Source of the DNA: a phage
Reading direction: 5' to 3' (one strand)
Assembly (NCBI GenBank): GCA_027263115.1
Contig: GCA_027263115.1_3656.1
Length of the DNA stretch: 64,000 nucleotides
In this document: positions 9,731 to 19,396 of the stretch, in pieces
Layout: every line of letters starts with the position of its first letter
Numbering within the stretch: the first letter of the stretch is position 1
Translations under genes and position numbers: made by a program
The notes under the pieces: generated by a model
Databases searched by the model: none
Told to the model about the DNA's origin: nothing
The model's input: only the letters and a program-made list of their open reading frames with translations

Positions 9731-10914
9731 TGTCAAGAAACGTATTTGAAAGTGGTCAAATCACTGTCCGTGAGTTGCCAGCTATCATTCAGTTTGCCCA
9801 GCGTCATAACCGATCTGTCCTGATTTTAGGACCAATGGGTGTGGGAAAGAGTCAGGTGATGAAGCAGATCGCTGATAATATGTTCGGTGAGCGAGATGAC
9901 AACCTGGTTGACGTGCGGCTGTCAGATAAAGATCCTGCCGACTTATCTGGGCTACCTATCCCTGTAGAAGCGGATGGGACTACACGTACAGTGTTTGCAA
10001 TCCCAGAATTTTGGCCTGCGGATCCTGACTGGAGCGGAATTGTCTTTCTGGATGAGCTCACTCATGCAGATAACTACCTGCAAAAGGTTGCAATGCAGAT
10101 TATGCTCGACCACAAGTGCGGCACCTATGCATTCCCTAAGGGCTCTGTTTTTGTAGCTGCAGGTAACCGTTCTACAGATGGTGCTGTTCTTTCGGCGCTC
10201 GAAGCCCCTCTGGCTAACCGCTTTATCATTGTAGAAGTTACAAGCAACGCAGAGGTGTTTATTGAGGACTACGCATTCCTTAATGGGGTGCACTCCTCTG
10301 TAATTGGATATCTGAAAAGAGTTCCATCAGCTATTGATAATTATGAGGCCATGGCTGAGATTAATTGTCCATCTTTTGCCACACCGCGATCTTGGGTTGC
10401 TGCATCTGATATCTTGCACGATTTTGACAGCGGTATTATTTCTGACGCTATGGCCCGTGTTCTTCTACAAGGTGCTATTGGTCACACTGCAGCGGTAGAG
10501 ATCTGGACTTACCACACCAAGAAACGCAACTTACCGGAAATCGGTCGGATTATGGCAGGAGGTTGCAAAGAATACGTAGGCCCTAAACAGCCAGACATCT
10601 TGTGGATTCTTGGATCTGAAGGTTGTATCGCTATTCGTAATATGATGGAAAATGCAAGTATCTCCGACGAAGATCTTGTTAGCTGTGTGGCAAACTTCCT
10701 CGATTTCCTTTGGGAAAACTTCAAGGACGAGAACCGAGATTTTGTATTCTCAGTCTTTATGGCGATGATGAAACCTAATGCCTTAGGAAATGCCTTGCTT
10801 ATCGGTAAAGGTCGTGACAAGATTGTTGCTCAGCTGATCAAAGCATACCCAAACCTGATGAAGATTGTAAAAGAGTTTGGTGAAGAGTTTAGCGCCATTT
10901 TGGCTAAAGCTTAA
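9730..10914 (+). CDS. MoxR-like AAA+ ATPase (AAA_5 type)
   Basis: Walker A LILGPMGVGKS, Walker B IVFLDEL, and sensor region VFVAAGN typical of MoxR/CbbQ ATPases. Confidence 0.8.
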   Translation: MSRNVFESGQITVRELPAIIQFAQRHNRSVLILGPMGVGKSQVMKQIADNMFGERDDNLVDVRLSDKDPADLSGLPIPVEADGTTRTVFAIPEFWPADPDWSGIVFLDELTHADNYLQKVAMQIMLDHKCGTYAFPKGSVFVAAGNRSTDGAVLSALEAPLANRFIIVEVTSNAEVFIEDYAFLNGVHSSVIGYLKRVPSAIDNYEAMAEINCPSFATPRSWVAASDILHDFDSGIISDAMARVLLQGAIGHTAAVEIWTYHTKKRNLPEIGRIMAGGCKEYVGPKQPDILWILGSEGCIAIRNMMENASISDEDLVSCVANFLDFLWENFKDENRDFVFSVFMAMMKPNALGNALLIGKGRDKIVAQLIKAYPNLMKIVKEFGEEFSAILAKA

Positions 10915-10923
10915 GGAGGTTGT

Positions 10924-11304
10924 ATGGCTAAAGTAGGTAAGCGGGGAAACTACCTGGTGGTATTGACCGAGGAGCCGGAGAAGGAGTACGAATGCAGCTC
11001 CACTTGCGTGATCGATATCCGAGAAAAAGATGTAGATGAAATCTGGTTTAAAATATTGGACGCTTGCGATAGCAGTGATTATTTCTTCATCTATGTCAAC
11101 GATAAGGCTGGGTTCTTCCATGACGACGGAGAGTTGCCGTATGAAATCTATGAACTTGTAGAGGCTTGCCATCGTGGAGATGCGGAGTTGTTTGGCTTAC
11201 GGCTGAAAAGCGGTAAATTCTTCTATCAAGATGAGTGCATGAATCTTCATAACTTTGTAGAGGGAACTTGCAACGATGGAGAGATTTTGGCACACTACGA
11301 TTAA
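10924..11304 (+). CDS. hypothetical protein
   Basis: 126-aa ORF with AAGGAGG RBS. Confidence 0.5.
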   Translation: MAKVGKRGNYLVVLTEEPEKEYECSSTCVIDIREKDVDEIWFKILDACDSSDYFFIYVNDKAGFFHDDGELPYEIYELVEACHRGDAELFGLRLKSGKFFYQDECMNLHNFVEGTCNDGEILAHYD

Positions 11305-11352
11305 TTTCTAATACCACCCCGCTTCGGCGGGGATTTTCTATTTGGAGTTATT

Positions 11353-11853
11353 GTGAAAATTAAGATCTTTGCTATTATTTTGAGCGCATTTTTATCGCTG
11401 CCTGTTGTTGCAGCACCAAAACAAAAAGTATATCATACTTGCAAGCCCTCAGATACTAAGGAAAACATTTTGGCATGTAATATCTACAGGGAAGCTAGAG
11501 GGGATGGCACGATGGGTATGCTGGCATCTGGGTTTGCCACATTAAACAGGAAATCTCACCCTAAATACCCAGACACTATAAGAAAGATTGTCTACCAACC
11601 TAACCAGTTTTCGTGGACAAACCACGGCAAAACTTTTAAGGTGACAGAAAAAGATTCATGGGATCACGCTAAAAGTCTTGCAAAGATGCTTCTAAAGGTC
11701 TATAATAACAACCATGTTGCATACATGGCTATGGATATAACAGGTGGAGCAACACACTACCATACAACCAAAGTACGACCGAAATGGGCAAAAAAGATGC
11801 AGAGGACAGCTCAATTCGGGAGCCATATCTACTACAAGGAGCGCAATAAATGA
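11353..11853 (+). CDS. secreted cell-wall hydrolase, SleB/CwlJ family
   Basis: N-terminal signal-like peptide MKIKIFAIILSAFLSLPVVA; YREARGDG...LNR...YPDTI...QPNQFSW and ATHYH motifs match the Hydrolase_2 fold. Confidence 0.7.
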   Translation: MKIKIFAIILSAFLSLPVVAAPKQKVYHTCKPSDTKENILACNIYREARGDGTMGMLASGFATLNRKSHPKYPDTIRKIVYQPNQFSWTNHGKTFKVTEKDSWDHAKSLAKMLLKVYNNNHVAYMAMDITGGATHYHTTKVRPKWAKKMQRTAQFGSHIYYKERNK

Positions 11854-13832
11854 TTGTAAACAGTAATGAAACTAAAGCAGTGCTAACCGGAAATATGGAG
11901 GTCACCAGGGGCTCAATTTCTCTGAACAAAGAGACTTTTGGGCTAATCATTAAAGGGATTTACGAAGATAAGGTGCTGGCAAGCTGCCGTGAACCAATCT
12001 TCAACGCTGTAGACTCCCATGTTGAGTCTGGACGGGGTGATGTACCGATCATCATTCACTCTCCTACAGACCTTGAACCATACTTCTTTGTGCAGGACGT
12101 TGGATTGGGCATGTCAGAAGAGATGGTCCGCAACACGTTCATGAACCTTGGAGAGTCAACCAAGCGCAACAGTAACGCTCTGGTAGGTAATAAAGGTGTT
12201 GGTTCAAAGGCTCCGTTCAGCATGGTGGACACTTTCGATGTTATCAGTGTGCACAATGGTGTTGAAAGCACATATCTATTGTTCTTGGATCAGGGTATCC
12301 CAAACGTTACCAAGATCCGCGAGCGGAAGACTGAAGAGCACAACGGGGTAAAAGTTCAGTTTCATGTTAAGAAAGAGCATGTCCTGAAATATCGCACTGC
12401 TATTGCATCGTGCTTACGCTATGCGAAGTTTCCGTTCACCGTCACCGATCCCATGACCAGTAAGATGTTAGAAGGTGACAAGGTTGAGGCACAGTATCAT
12501 TACGAGAAGGATGGCTGGAAAATGACCATCCTGAAAGGTTATACCAGTTCTGATGAGAGCCGTGTTGTGATGGGTCACCAACCTTACCGCTCTAAGTTCC
12601 TGGAGACATTGACCGATTACCCTGCAATCTGCGTGGAAATTCCTATCGGGGATTGCAATATTAACCCTGGGCGTGAATGGACCATTGAGGGCCATGACGA
12701 CGGTGGATTCCAGGATCGCCTGGAGGCCTTTGTTAAAGAAGGTATACGTCTTCGCGGGGCAGAAGTTGTTGCAGAACTGGAGACGGCAAAAACCTCAGCA
12801 GAAGCACGTGAAATGATGAAGAATAGTGGGGTGTTCGGACACATCTTCGGCAAAAACTTTATGTGGAACCGTTGGGAAGAAACAGGGCTTGGCGACTTAG
12901 GCGATTGTGAAATTTTCGCTGGCGGCTTAAATAAAGGCCGCATAGGCTATGCTCGTTACGGAAAGTCGGAGTTCTTACGAGGTGTATACCTTGTATTTAA
13001 CGACGGAGACGGCAAATATAACCGAAATAAGTGTAACTACTTAAGCGAGATCACCGGACGCAACGTTTTCTATTGCCGTAACACGGATCTGGTGGAAGAG
13101 TTTAAAGAAGCGGCACACCACCCGTTCTTTGCAGATACGGTCAAATTGTTATCAGAGCTCCCTCGCCGACCTGCGAAGAAAGGTGAAACAAAAACTCATT
13201 ACGAGCCAGGTTATTGGGTTAAAAAGCTTGAGAAGGATGGTTACTTCCGTCGTGAACGTATTACTAAGGCAGAGTTCAAGAAGATTAAGCACTGCATTCC
13301 TTATGAGGGTGATATCCAACGTGGAAGTTGTTGGCTGGGACAGCTGAGTAACATCTACCAGCAAAATTATGACCGTGTGCGTGCGGCACTCCAGATTCCT
13401 GAAGGGGAAGACCTGTACCTGGTATCAGAATCCCGTCTGCTTTGGACTAATCCTGATTGCCAGTATGTTACAGAGAAAAATGTGGAACATTTGTTGAAAG
13501 AGGACGCCTGGAAATTCTTACTGACTCGCGCAGCAAATGAAACTTCATATGACAGCCTGTATAGACAATTAGGGAAAATTATCCCCATGCAGGATTTTGG
13601 AAATTATCGGCCACATTTCCACAAGTGGGAAGGTAACACCGCGTGGAAGCACAGTGAGCTAAATCATCGTGCCAAAATCTTAATCGCCAACCGGGTTAAG
13701 TGCGGGAAGGCCTATATTGCAAGATTGGAAAAGAAATATCCACTTTTGAAGCATGTGGGCTTGAAATATTGGGACACTCCTGCTATGATTGAATACCGTG
13801 AACTGATCGATACAAAGAATAACATCAAATAA
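11850..13832 (+). CDS. rIIA: rIIA-like protein with GHKL-type ATPase domain
   Basis: VQDVGLGMSEEMV and GNKGVGSKAPFSMVDTFDVISVHNG align with the T4 rIIA N-terminal ATPase-like region as recalled; followed by rIIB. Confidence 0.8.
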   Translation: MIVNSNETKAVLTGNMEVTRGSISLNKETFGLIIKGIYEDKVLASCREPIFNAVDSHVESGRGDVPIIIHSPTDLEPYFFVQDVGLGMSEEMVRNTFMNLGESTKRNSNALVGNKGVGSKAPFSMVDTFDVISVHNGVESTYLLFLDQGIPNVTKIRERKTEEHNGVKVQFHVKKEHVLKYRTAIASCLRYAKFPFTVTDPMTSKMLEGDKVEAQYHYEKDGWKMTILKGYTSSDESRVVMGHQPYRSKFLETLTDYPAICVEIPIGDCNINPGREWTIEGHDDGGFQDRLEAFVKEGIRLRGAEVVAELETAKTSAEAREMMKNSGVFGHIFGKNFMWNRWEETGLGDLGDCEIFAGGLNKGRIGYARYGKSEFLRGVYLVFNDGDGKYNRNKCNYLSEITGRNVFYCRNTDLVEEFKEAAHHPFFADTVKLLSELPRRPAKKGETKTHYEPGYWVKKLEKDGYFRRERITKAEFKKIKHCIPYEGDIQRGSCWLGQLSNIYQQNYDRVRAALQIPEGEDLYLVSESRLLWTNPDCQYVTEKNVEHLLKEDAWKFLLTRAANETSYDSLYRQLGKIIPMQDFGNYRPHFHKWEGNTAWKHSELNHRAKILIANRVKCGKAYIARLEKKYPLLKHVGLKYWDTPAMIEYRELIDTKNNIK

Positions 13833-13842
13833 GGAGACCAAG

Positions 13843-15048
13843 ATGATTTTCATCTACGAACATTTCAAAACTCGTAAAGAAGCACGTGACCGCCGTGCAG
13901 AACTTGAGAAGAAGGGTTTCACATGTGCCATTGAGAAAGGCGACACAACCTGGACACTGGCAGTTGGTGCCCCAGAGTTGTTCGATCCTGACCGTGACAG
14001 CGTCTGCTACACCCGTGAGGATTTTGAAACCCGTGAAGAGGCCCGTTTATTTAGATATGGGCTGGAAGATAACGGTAAGTACGCCATGATCTTAGACTTA
14101 GGCGAAGGTTCCGTTAAACGTTGGGGCGTGGTATACCCACTGTGTGTTGTTCACGGTGTGGGGTTTACTGGGGTAGCAATCAAGTCAGAAGAACCTTTAG
14201 TAGAAGTCAAAGATCCGGTGCTGGAAGTGGTGAGCAGTGTGTCTCAGCAACAGACTCGAAGCATCGAGCCTTTGGTAGTTATTTGCGGGGAACTCCTCCA
14301 GATCACCTGCAACGAAGGAATTTTTGAAATTCGCCGCAGCGAAAGTGAGGAAGTTTACCAGAAAGTCTTCGACCATATCTCTGTTCAGGAATATGATGAG
14401 GCAATTGGTGAAATCCTTGTCTGGCTGGAACGCAAGAGTGAGTTCACCACACTTGCAGACAACCTGATCATGAAAGATGGTAAGCTCTACTACTACGGTG
14501 TAGAGATGCGATCCACCATTGCAAAGAAAATTGAGAAAGATTATGCAGACGGAACGCTGGATGACCGCTATGTGAAATTCCTCGTTCGCCTGCTACGCAA
14601 TCCTTCTGCAAAATCTGTAAACATGCTCTACGATTTTATGCAGGCCAATGATATTCAGATTGCAGAAGATGGTCGAATCATTTGCTACAAAGGGGTTCAG
14701 TTTAACGGCAGCAAGTGGGTGGATTGGCACAGTGGTAAAGTCCCACAATACCAAGGTGCTTTTGTATCCATGCCTCGTAACTTTGTAGAGGATGATCCTG
14801 AAGCTGCGTGCTCCTATGGCTTACACTGCGCCAGCAAAGAGTATGCAAAGAGCTACGGCACTGTAATGACTGTCATGGTTGACCCTGCAGATGTAGTTAG
14901 TGTGCCATATCAACACAATAGCGCTAAGTGCCGTGCATGCCGCTATGAGATTGTGGTAGCTCCGGAAGCACGCAAAGATGGAGACCCTATTGAATATGTA
15001 GTTGATCGTGACGGTAACACTATCGACATTCTTTACGAGGAGGCGTAA
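13843..15048 (+). CDS. rIIB: rIIB-like protein
   Basis: LYDFMQANDIQIAEDG, CSYGLHCASKEY and SMPRNFVEDD resemble conserved T4 rIIB blocks as recalled; sits directly after rIIA. Confidence 0.8.
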   Translation: MIFIYEHFKTRKEARDRRAELEKKGFTCAIEKGDTTWTLAVGAPELFDPDRDSVCYTREDFETREEARLFRYGLEDNGKYAMILDLGEGSVKRWGVVYPLCVVHGVGFTGVAIKSEEPLVEVKDPVLEVVSSVSQQQTRSIEPLVVICGELLQITCNEGIFEIRRSESEEVYQKVFDHISVQEYDEAIGEILVWLERKSEFTTLADNLIMKDGKLYYYGVEMRSTIAKKIEKDYADGTLDDRYVKFLVRLLRNPSAKSVNMLYDFMQANDIQIAEDGRIICYKGVQFNGSKWVDWHSGKVPQYQGAFVSMPRNFVEDDPEAACSYGLHCASKEYAKSYGTVMTVMVDPADVVSVPYQHNSAKCRACRYEIVVAPEARKDGDPIEYVVDRDGNTIDILYEEA

Positions 15049-16418
15049 TGGAAAAAGGGCAGTATGATGTAGGCACAGATGCTGCCCTCGTTGCAATCAT
15101 GAGCGGTGAGAATGTCTTCGTTTCAGGACCTGCAGGTTGTGGGAAGACGTATCTCATCAACATGATCCAGTCAATGTATGGAGACTCTTGCATAACGGTT
15201 GCCCCGACAGGGGTAGCCGCTTTAAACGTTAATGGAGCAACAGCACACCGAACCTTCGATCTTGCAGCAGGTGTGAGCATGGAGTCAGACTGGACCGCAA
15301 TAAGGGCAAAAACAGCAAAGCCTTTGAAAAGCAAGGCATTTACCATCCTAATTATCGATGAAATCTCTATGATCCGTGCTGATAAGTTTATAGAGATGGA
15401 TAGGAAACTTCGCTTCCTTCGAAAAAATGACAAACCTTTCGGAGGCATACAGGTCATATTGTTTGGCGACTTTTACCAGGCACCTCCTGTTGTCTCTTCT
15501 ATGGAGAAGGAAGCCTACTTCAACTTCTACCATACGGACCTGTGTTGCTATACCGAATCTTGGAAAGAGCTTGACCTCCACAACATAGCCCTAGTAGATC
15601 AGTTCCGACAGGAGTCTATTCGATTTGCCACAATGCTCAACTGTGTTCGTGAGGGTCGTCGCATAAAAGAGGTTGTAGCAGAACTTAATGCTCGCTGTTA
15701 CAAAGGTGGTGTACCAACAGATGCTCTCACAATTTGCGCCACCAACAAACAAGCAGAGGAAGTAAACAGAAGGTTCTATGATGCCATCAACGCCCCAGAG
15801 AAGGTATACACTGGTGAAATGAAGGGTAAGTTTCCCTCCACCCTGCCAGTTGAGCAGGAGATGAAGTTGAAAATTGGCATGAAAGTTATGATAACCGCCA
15901 ACGATGTTGACCCGACGCACAAAGTACCTTATTATGTTAACGGAACACGTGCCACAATTGTTAAATTTAAGAACAAGGCGGTGGTGGTAGAGCTTGAAGA
16001 TGGAACACAGGTTGACATAGAGCAGAGGTTGTGGGAGAATAACGAGTATAAGCCCTCTCAGAGATACAATATTGCAGAAAGGAAGATGGAGAAGTTTATA
16101 GAGAGGGTAGTGATTGGGTCATACAAGCAACTTCCTCTGAAATCTGGGTACGCCGTAACATCTCATAAAAGTCAAGGACTTACGCTAGATTGTTACAACC
16201 TAGACCTTGGAAAGAACGGAGCTTTCTCTCCGGGGATGACGTATGTTGCTTTGAGTCGAGTTAAGACAATACAAGGAATAAACTTGTTGCGTCCACTAAG
16301 AGAAGTTGACATTATTGTTGACCCGCGAGTCGTAGAGTTTTACAATACAACATTCCCTGACTTAGACAAAATTGTCAGGAAAGATTTTGAAACCAGAGCA
16401 GAAGAGGGGGACGTATGA
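15048..16418 (+). CDS. dda: Dda-like SF1B DNA helicase (RecD/Pif1 family)
   Basis: Walker A VSGPAGCGKTY, motif Ia APTGVAA, Walker B LIIDEISM, and C-terminal SHKSQG and ALSRV motifs. Confidence 0.8.
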   Translation: MEKGQYDVGTDAALVAIMSGENVFVSGPAGCGKTYLINMIQSMYGDSCITVAPTGVAALNVNGATAHRTFDLAAGVSMESDWTAIRAKTAKPLKSKAFTILIIDEISMIRADKFIEMDRKLRFLRKNDKPFGGIQVILFGDFYQAPPVVSSMEKEAYFNFYHTDLCCYTESWKELDLHNIALVDQFRQESIRFATMLNCVREGRRIKEVVAELNARCYKGGVPTDALTICATNKQAEEVNRRFYDAINAPEKVYTGEMKGKFPSTLPVEQEMKLKIGMKVMITANDVDPTHKVPYYVNGTRATIVKFKNKAVVVELEDGTQVDIEQRLWENNEYKPSQRYNIAERKMEKFIERVVIGSYKQLPLKSGYAVTSHKSQGLTLDCYNLDLGKNGAFSPGMTYVALSRVKTIQGINLLRPLREVDIIVDPRVVEFYNTTFPDLDKIVRKDFETRAEEGDV

Positions 16419-16756
16419 GTTTGTGGAGAAATATCGTTAACTACGTGTGTGGCAATCCAACTCCTGAAGAGAAGGATGTTGTGATTCACGATTTTACTAA
16501 AAGATCTCGTGAAAAAGATCTACTGCTAACAAAGGTGACTGATAAAGATCCTGCAGTAGGGGACTGGGCAGGTTTTGCGTTTACATCGGACAAATACACC
16601 TTTAACAAAGGTGACTATCTTGTTGTGGATTTTAACGAAGACATCGAGGGTGCTGAACCTTACTATCAGACCCTTATCGTTGCAGGGTGTGTTGATCTCT
16701 CTGCAGGTATGCACAGTTTGATTCTTTTTGAGCTTGACTCTGAAGACCTCCAGTAG
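16415..16756 (+). CDS. hypothetical protein
   Basis: 113-aa ORF, ATGA overlap. Confidence 0.5.
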   Translation: MSLWRNIVNYVCGNPTPEEKDVVIHDFTKRSREKDLLLTKVTDKDPAVGDWAGFAFTSDKYTFNKGDYLVVDFNEDIEGAEPYYQTLIVAGCVDLSAGMHSLILFELDSEDLQ

Positions 16757-16817
16757 TAAGATGTAAGTATAAAGGGGAGGCACTCCTCCCCACAAAAACT
16801 AAGGAGAGCACCAAACG

Positions 16818-18143
16818 ATGAGTAAAACCAAATTAGAACTTACCTGGATAGGTAAAAACGAGCGCAAAAAGTTAGAGCCGCACATTTTGTTAGAAGATTC
16901 TAGCAAGTCTTACCACAGCCAGAAAGTGACCGAAAACGATATTTTTGATAATAAACTGATTTTTGGAGATAACTTATTAGCATTGAAGGCGCTAGAGCAA
17001 GAGTACGCAGGCAAAGTGAAGTGTGTTTACATAGACCCACCATTCAATACCGGGAGGGCTTTTGAGCACTACGATGATAGCCTGGAGCATTCCATTTGGC
17101 TGGGCTTAATGAGGGATAGGTTAGAAATAATTCGTAATCTTCTAAGTGATGATGGGGTAATATTCGTTCACTTAGATGATTGCGAAATGGCGTATTTAAA
17201 AGTTTTGATGGACGAGATTTTTGGTCGTGCAAATCAGTTAAATACCATATCGATGACCACAAATTCCCCTTCGGGATTTAAGGCAACGGGAGCCACAGTT
17301 TTCTCCACAGCAAACTTTTTGCTTGTATATGCAAAAGATCGCACCCAGAAACCGCTTAACAAAATCTATATACCTAAAGGGTATGATACCGGATATAACA
17401 AATACCTATTAAACCCGGATGATCATTATAAAAATTGGACGTGGTGCGGTATTGCCGATGCGTTTGCAAAGGCCAATGGCTATAAAGATGCAAAAGAAGC
17501 CAAGAAAAAACTGCCTGACACATTCGATGATGAATTAGCACAATTTGCAATTGATAATGCAGAACGTGTATTTCAATCTGTTGCAATTGGTGGTGGTGCT
17601 AAAATAAAGAGAAAAGAAACTATAGAGAAGTCAAAGAAAGATAGGGATAAGGTTTATGTACATCCAAATGAGGATGTTGAAGGATTTTATATCGCAAATG
17701 GTAGGCAAATGGTCTTTTACTCCAACAGGCTTTTGGAAATTGACGGTGATATGCAACCTGCGGAACTAATAACTGATGTTTGGACAGACATTAGTTGGAA
17801 TGGAATAGCAAATGAAGGCGGCGTTAGTTTCAAAAATGGGAAAAAACCAGAAGCGCTTTTGAAGCGGATTTTCGAAATGTGTACGCGAGAAGGTGATTTG
17901 GTATTGGATTCATTCGGTGGTTCGGGAACTACTGCCGCTGTAGCTCACAAGATGAAAAGACGTTGGATCTCCATCGAGATTGGTGATCATTGCCATACCC
18001 ATATTATTCCGCGCTTGGAAAAAGTGATCGATGGGGAAGATCAAGGTGGTATTTCTAAGTCTGTAAACTGGCAAGGTGGTGGTGGCTTCCGTTATTACAA
18101 ACTTGCCCCGACCTTAATTGCGAAAGATAAGTCTGATCAATAA
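16818..18143 (+). CDS. DNA methyltransferase, beta class (N6-adenine or N4-cytosine)
   Basis: DPPF motif IV early in protein and FGGSGTT motif I near the C-terminus (beta-class order). Confidence 0.8.
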   Translation: MSKTKLELTWIGKNERKKLEPHILLEDSSKSYHSQKVTENDIFDNKLIFGDNLLALKALEQEYAGKVKCVYIDPPFNTGRAFEHYDDSLEHSIWLGLMRDRLEIIRNLLSDDGVIFVHLDDCEMAYLKVLMDEIFGRANQLNTISMTTNSPSGFKATGATVFSTANFLLVYAKDRTQKPLNKIYIPKGYDTGYNKYLLNPDDHYKNWTWCGIADAFAKANGYKDAKEAKKKLPDTFDDELAQFAIDNAERVFQSVAIGGGAKIKRKETIEKSKKDRDKVYVHPNEDVEGFYIANGRQMVFYSNRLLEIDGDMQPAELITDVWTDISWNGIANEGGVSFKNGKKPEALLKRIFEMCTREGDLVLDSFGGSGTTAAVAHKMKRRWISIEIGDHCHTHIIPRLEKVIDGEDQGGISKSVNWQGGGGFRYYKLAPTLIAKDKSDQ

Positions 18144-18156
18144 AGAGTACAATCAA

Positions 18157-18462
18157 ATGATGAAACGTTATAAACCATACACTTTTGAAATAGATTTCGA
18201 ACTTGACGATATGTTCACTGTAGAAGCTCAGGCAGTTGTCCAGTTGCCAGACCCGGAGTGCCGTGATTCTGATGTTGACTATTACGGATTTAGACAGATC
18301 ACTGATGTGCATGTTTACCACAACGGTGAAGAGGTGGACTTCCACCAACTGCCAAACGATATTCGCCACTCAATTTACAAACGTGCAGCCCGTGAACTAG
18401 AGTCCTATCTGGATGCAGCGACGACAGCAGCTGCATTTGCCGAAGAAGTGGGAGGTTTCTGA
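18157..18462 (+). CDS. hypothetical protein
   Basis: ATG with AAAGAG RBS; track start 18118 overlaps the methyltransferase. Confidence 0.45.
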   Translation: MMKRYKPYTFEIDFELDDMFTVEAQAVVQLPDPECRDSDVDYYGFRQITDVHVYHNGEEVDFHQLPNDIRHSIYKRAARELESYLDAATTAAAFAEEVGGF

Positions 18463-18860
18463 TGATTACAGGTGTGAAGATTCTCCAATACCACTTAACC
18501 AAATTGGAAGATGCTGAAAAAGAGCTTGCAGAAGTTCTGAATAGTGGATATACTTTGCTATCATGCGCCTGCTCAGACACCTACGTTGTGTGGACACTTA
18601 TCCGGAAGGAAGAGCCTGCAGGGATCTTGGTGCCAAACCCTAAGATTATTAGTGAGGTGGATGACTATTCCCAGGACGGCCTGCCAGAAGGCTGGGAAGT
18701 ATGGGAAGGTGGTGAAAACCCTGCACCAGGTAAGTGGGTAAAATATAAACTACGTAGTGGTGCACAGTACGCTGACTACTCTGATGACCTAGACTGGAGT
18801 CATTCTTCACCAGGATCGTCTGCAAGTTCATATGATATCGTTGCTTTTCAGGAAGAATAA
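18462..18860 (+). CDS. hypothetical protein
   Basis: 132-aa ORF. Confidence 0.5.
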   Translation: MITGVKILQYHLTKLEDAEKELAEVLNSGYTLLSCACSDTYVVWTLIRKEEPAGILVPNPKIISEVDDYSQDGLPEGWEVWEGGENPAPGKWVKYKLRSGAQYADYSDDLDWSHSSPGSSASSYDIVAFQEE

Positions 18861-18872
18861 GGAGATAGTGTT

Positions 18873-19355
18873 ATGTCAGATTTTATGTGGAAAGTAGGTT
18901 ACGCAGCTCCTGAAATGTGTGAGGCTTGCTTTGTGAAAATAGGCCGCGAGGATATCGACAAAGTGATCCTTAAGTTTCGTGATGTGGCTGTGATCGGCAA
19001 CCGAGTGCTTAAGCACTTAAAGAATCTGAAGCTCACCAAAAAGAAATTCTTCGGGCTTTTCGAAGAGAAAGTTGATGCTTGGACCCATTGCATTCAGGAA
19101 GCTAAATCTCACTACAGTGCTATCGTTACCCCAGAACGGGTAGCCAAGATGGAAGGACTCATCAACAGCACAGAGTTTGAGTGTCTGAAAGCTGCACTCG
19201 ATAGTTATCCGAAATGCCTCAAGCACTTGGACAAGTATGTAGAAAAGGATGGGGAAATGTATCTCACCCTGGACGCATATTATGAGATGCAAGAAATTTT
19301 AAATTTAGATTTGACATTGGTATCCACCGAGTATACAATAGGTATCCGGGTTTAA
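18873..19355 (+). CDS. hypothetical protein
   Basis: 160-aa ORF with AAGGAGA RBS. Confidence 0.55.
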   Translation: MSDFMWKVGYAAPEMCEACFVKIGREDIDKVILKFRDVAVIGNRVLKHLKNLKLTKKKFFGLFEEKVDAWTHCIQEAKSHYSAIVTPERVAKMEGLINSTEFECLKAALDSYPKCLKHLDKYVEKDGEMYLTLDAYYEMQEILNLDLTLVSTEYTIGIRV

Positions 19356-19362
19356 CACTAGG

Positions 19363-19389
19363 CCCTGCCCGAAAGGGTGGGGCTTTTTG
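19363..19389 (+). terminator. intrinsic terminator
   Basis: gccctgccc-gaaa-gggtggggc hairpin with GNRA-type loop followed by TTTTT; identical hairpin recurs at 31012. Confidence 0.7.
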
Positions 19390-19396
19390 CATTAGG

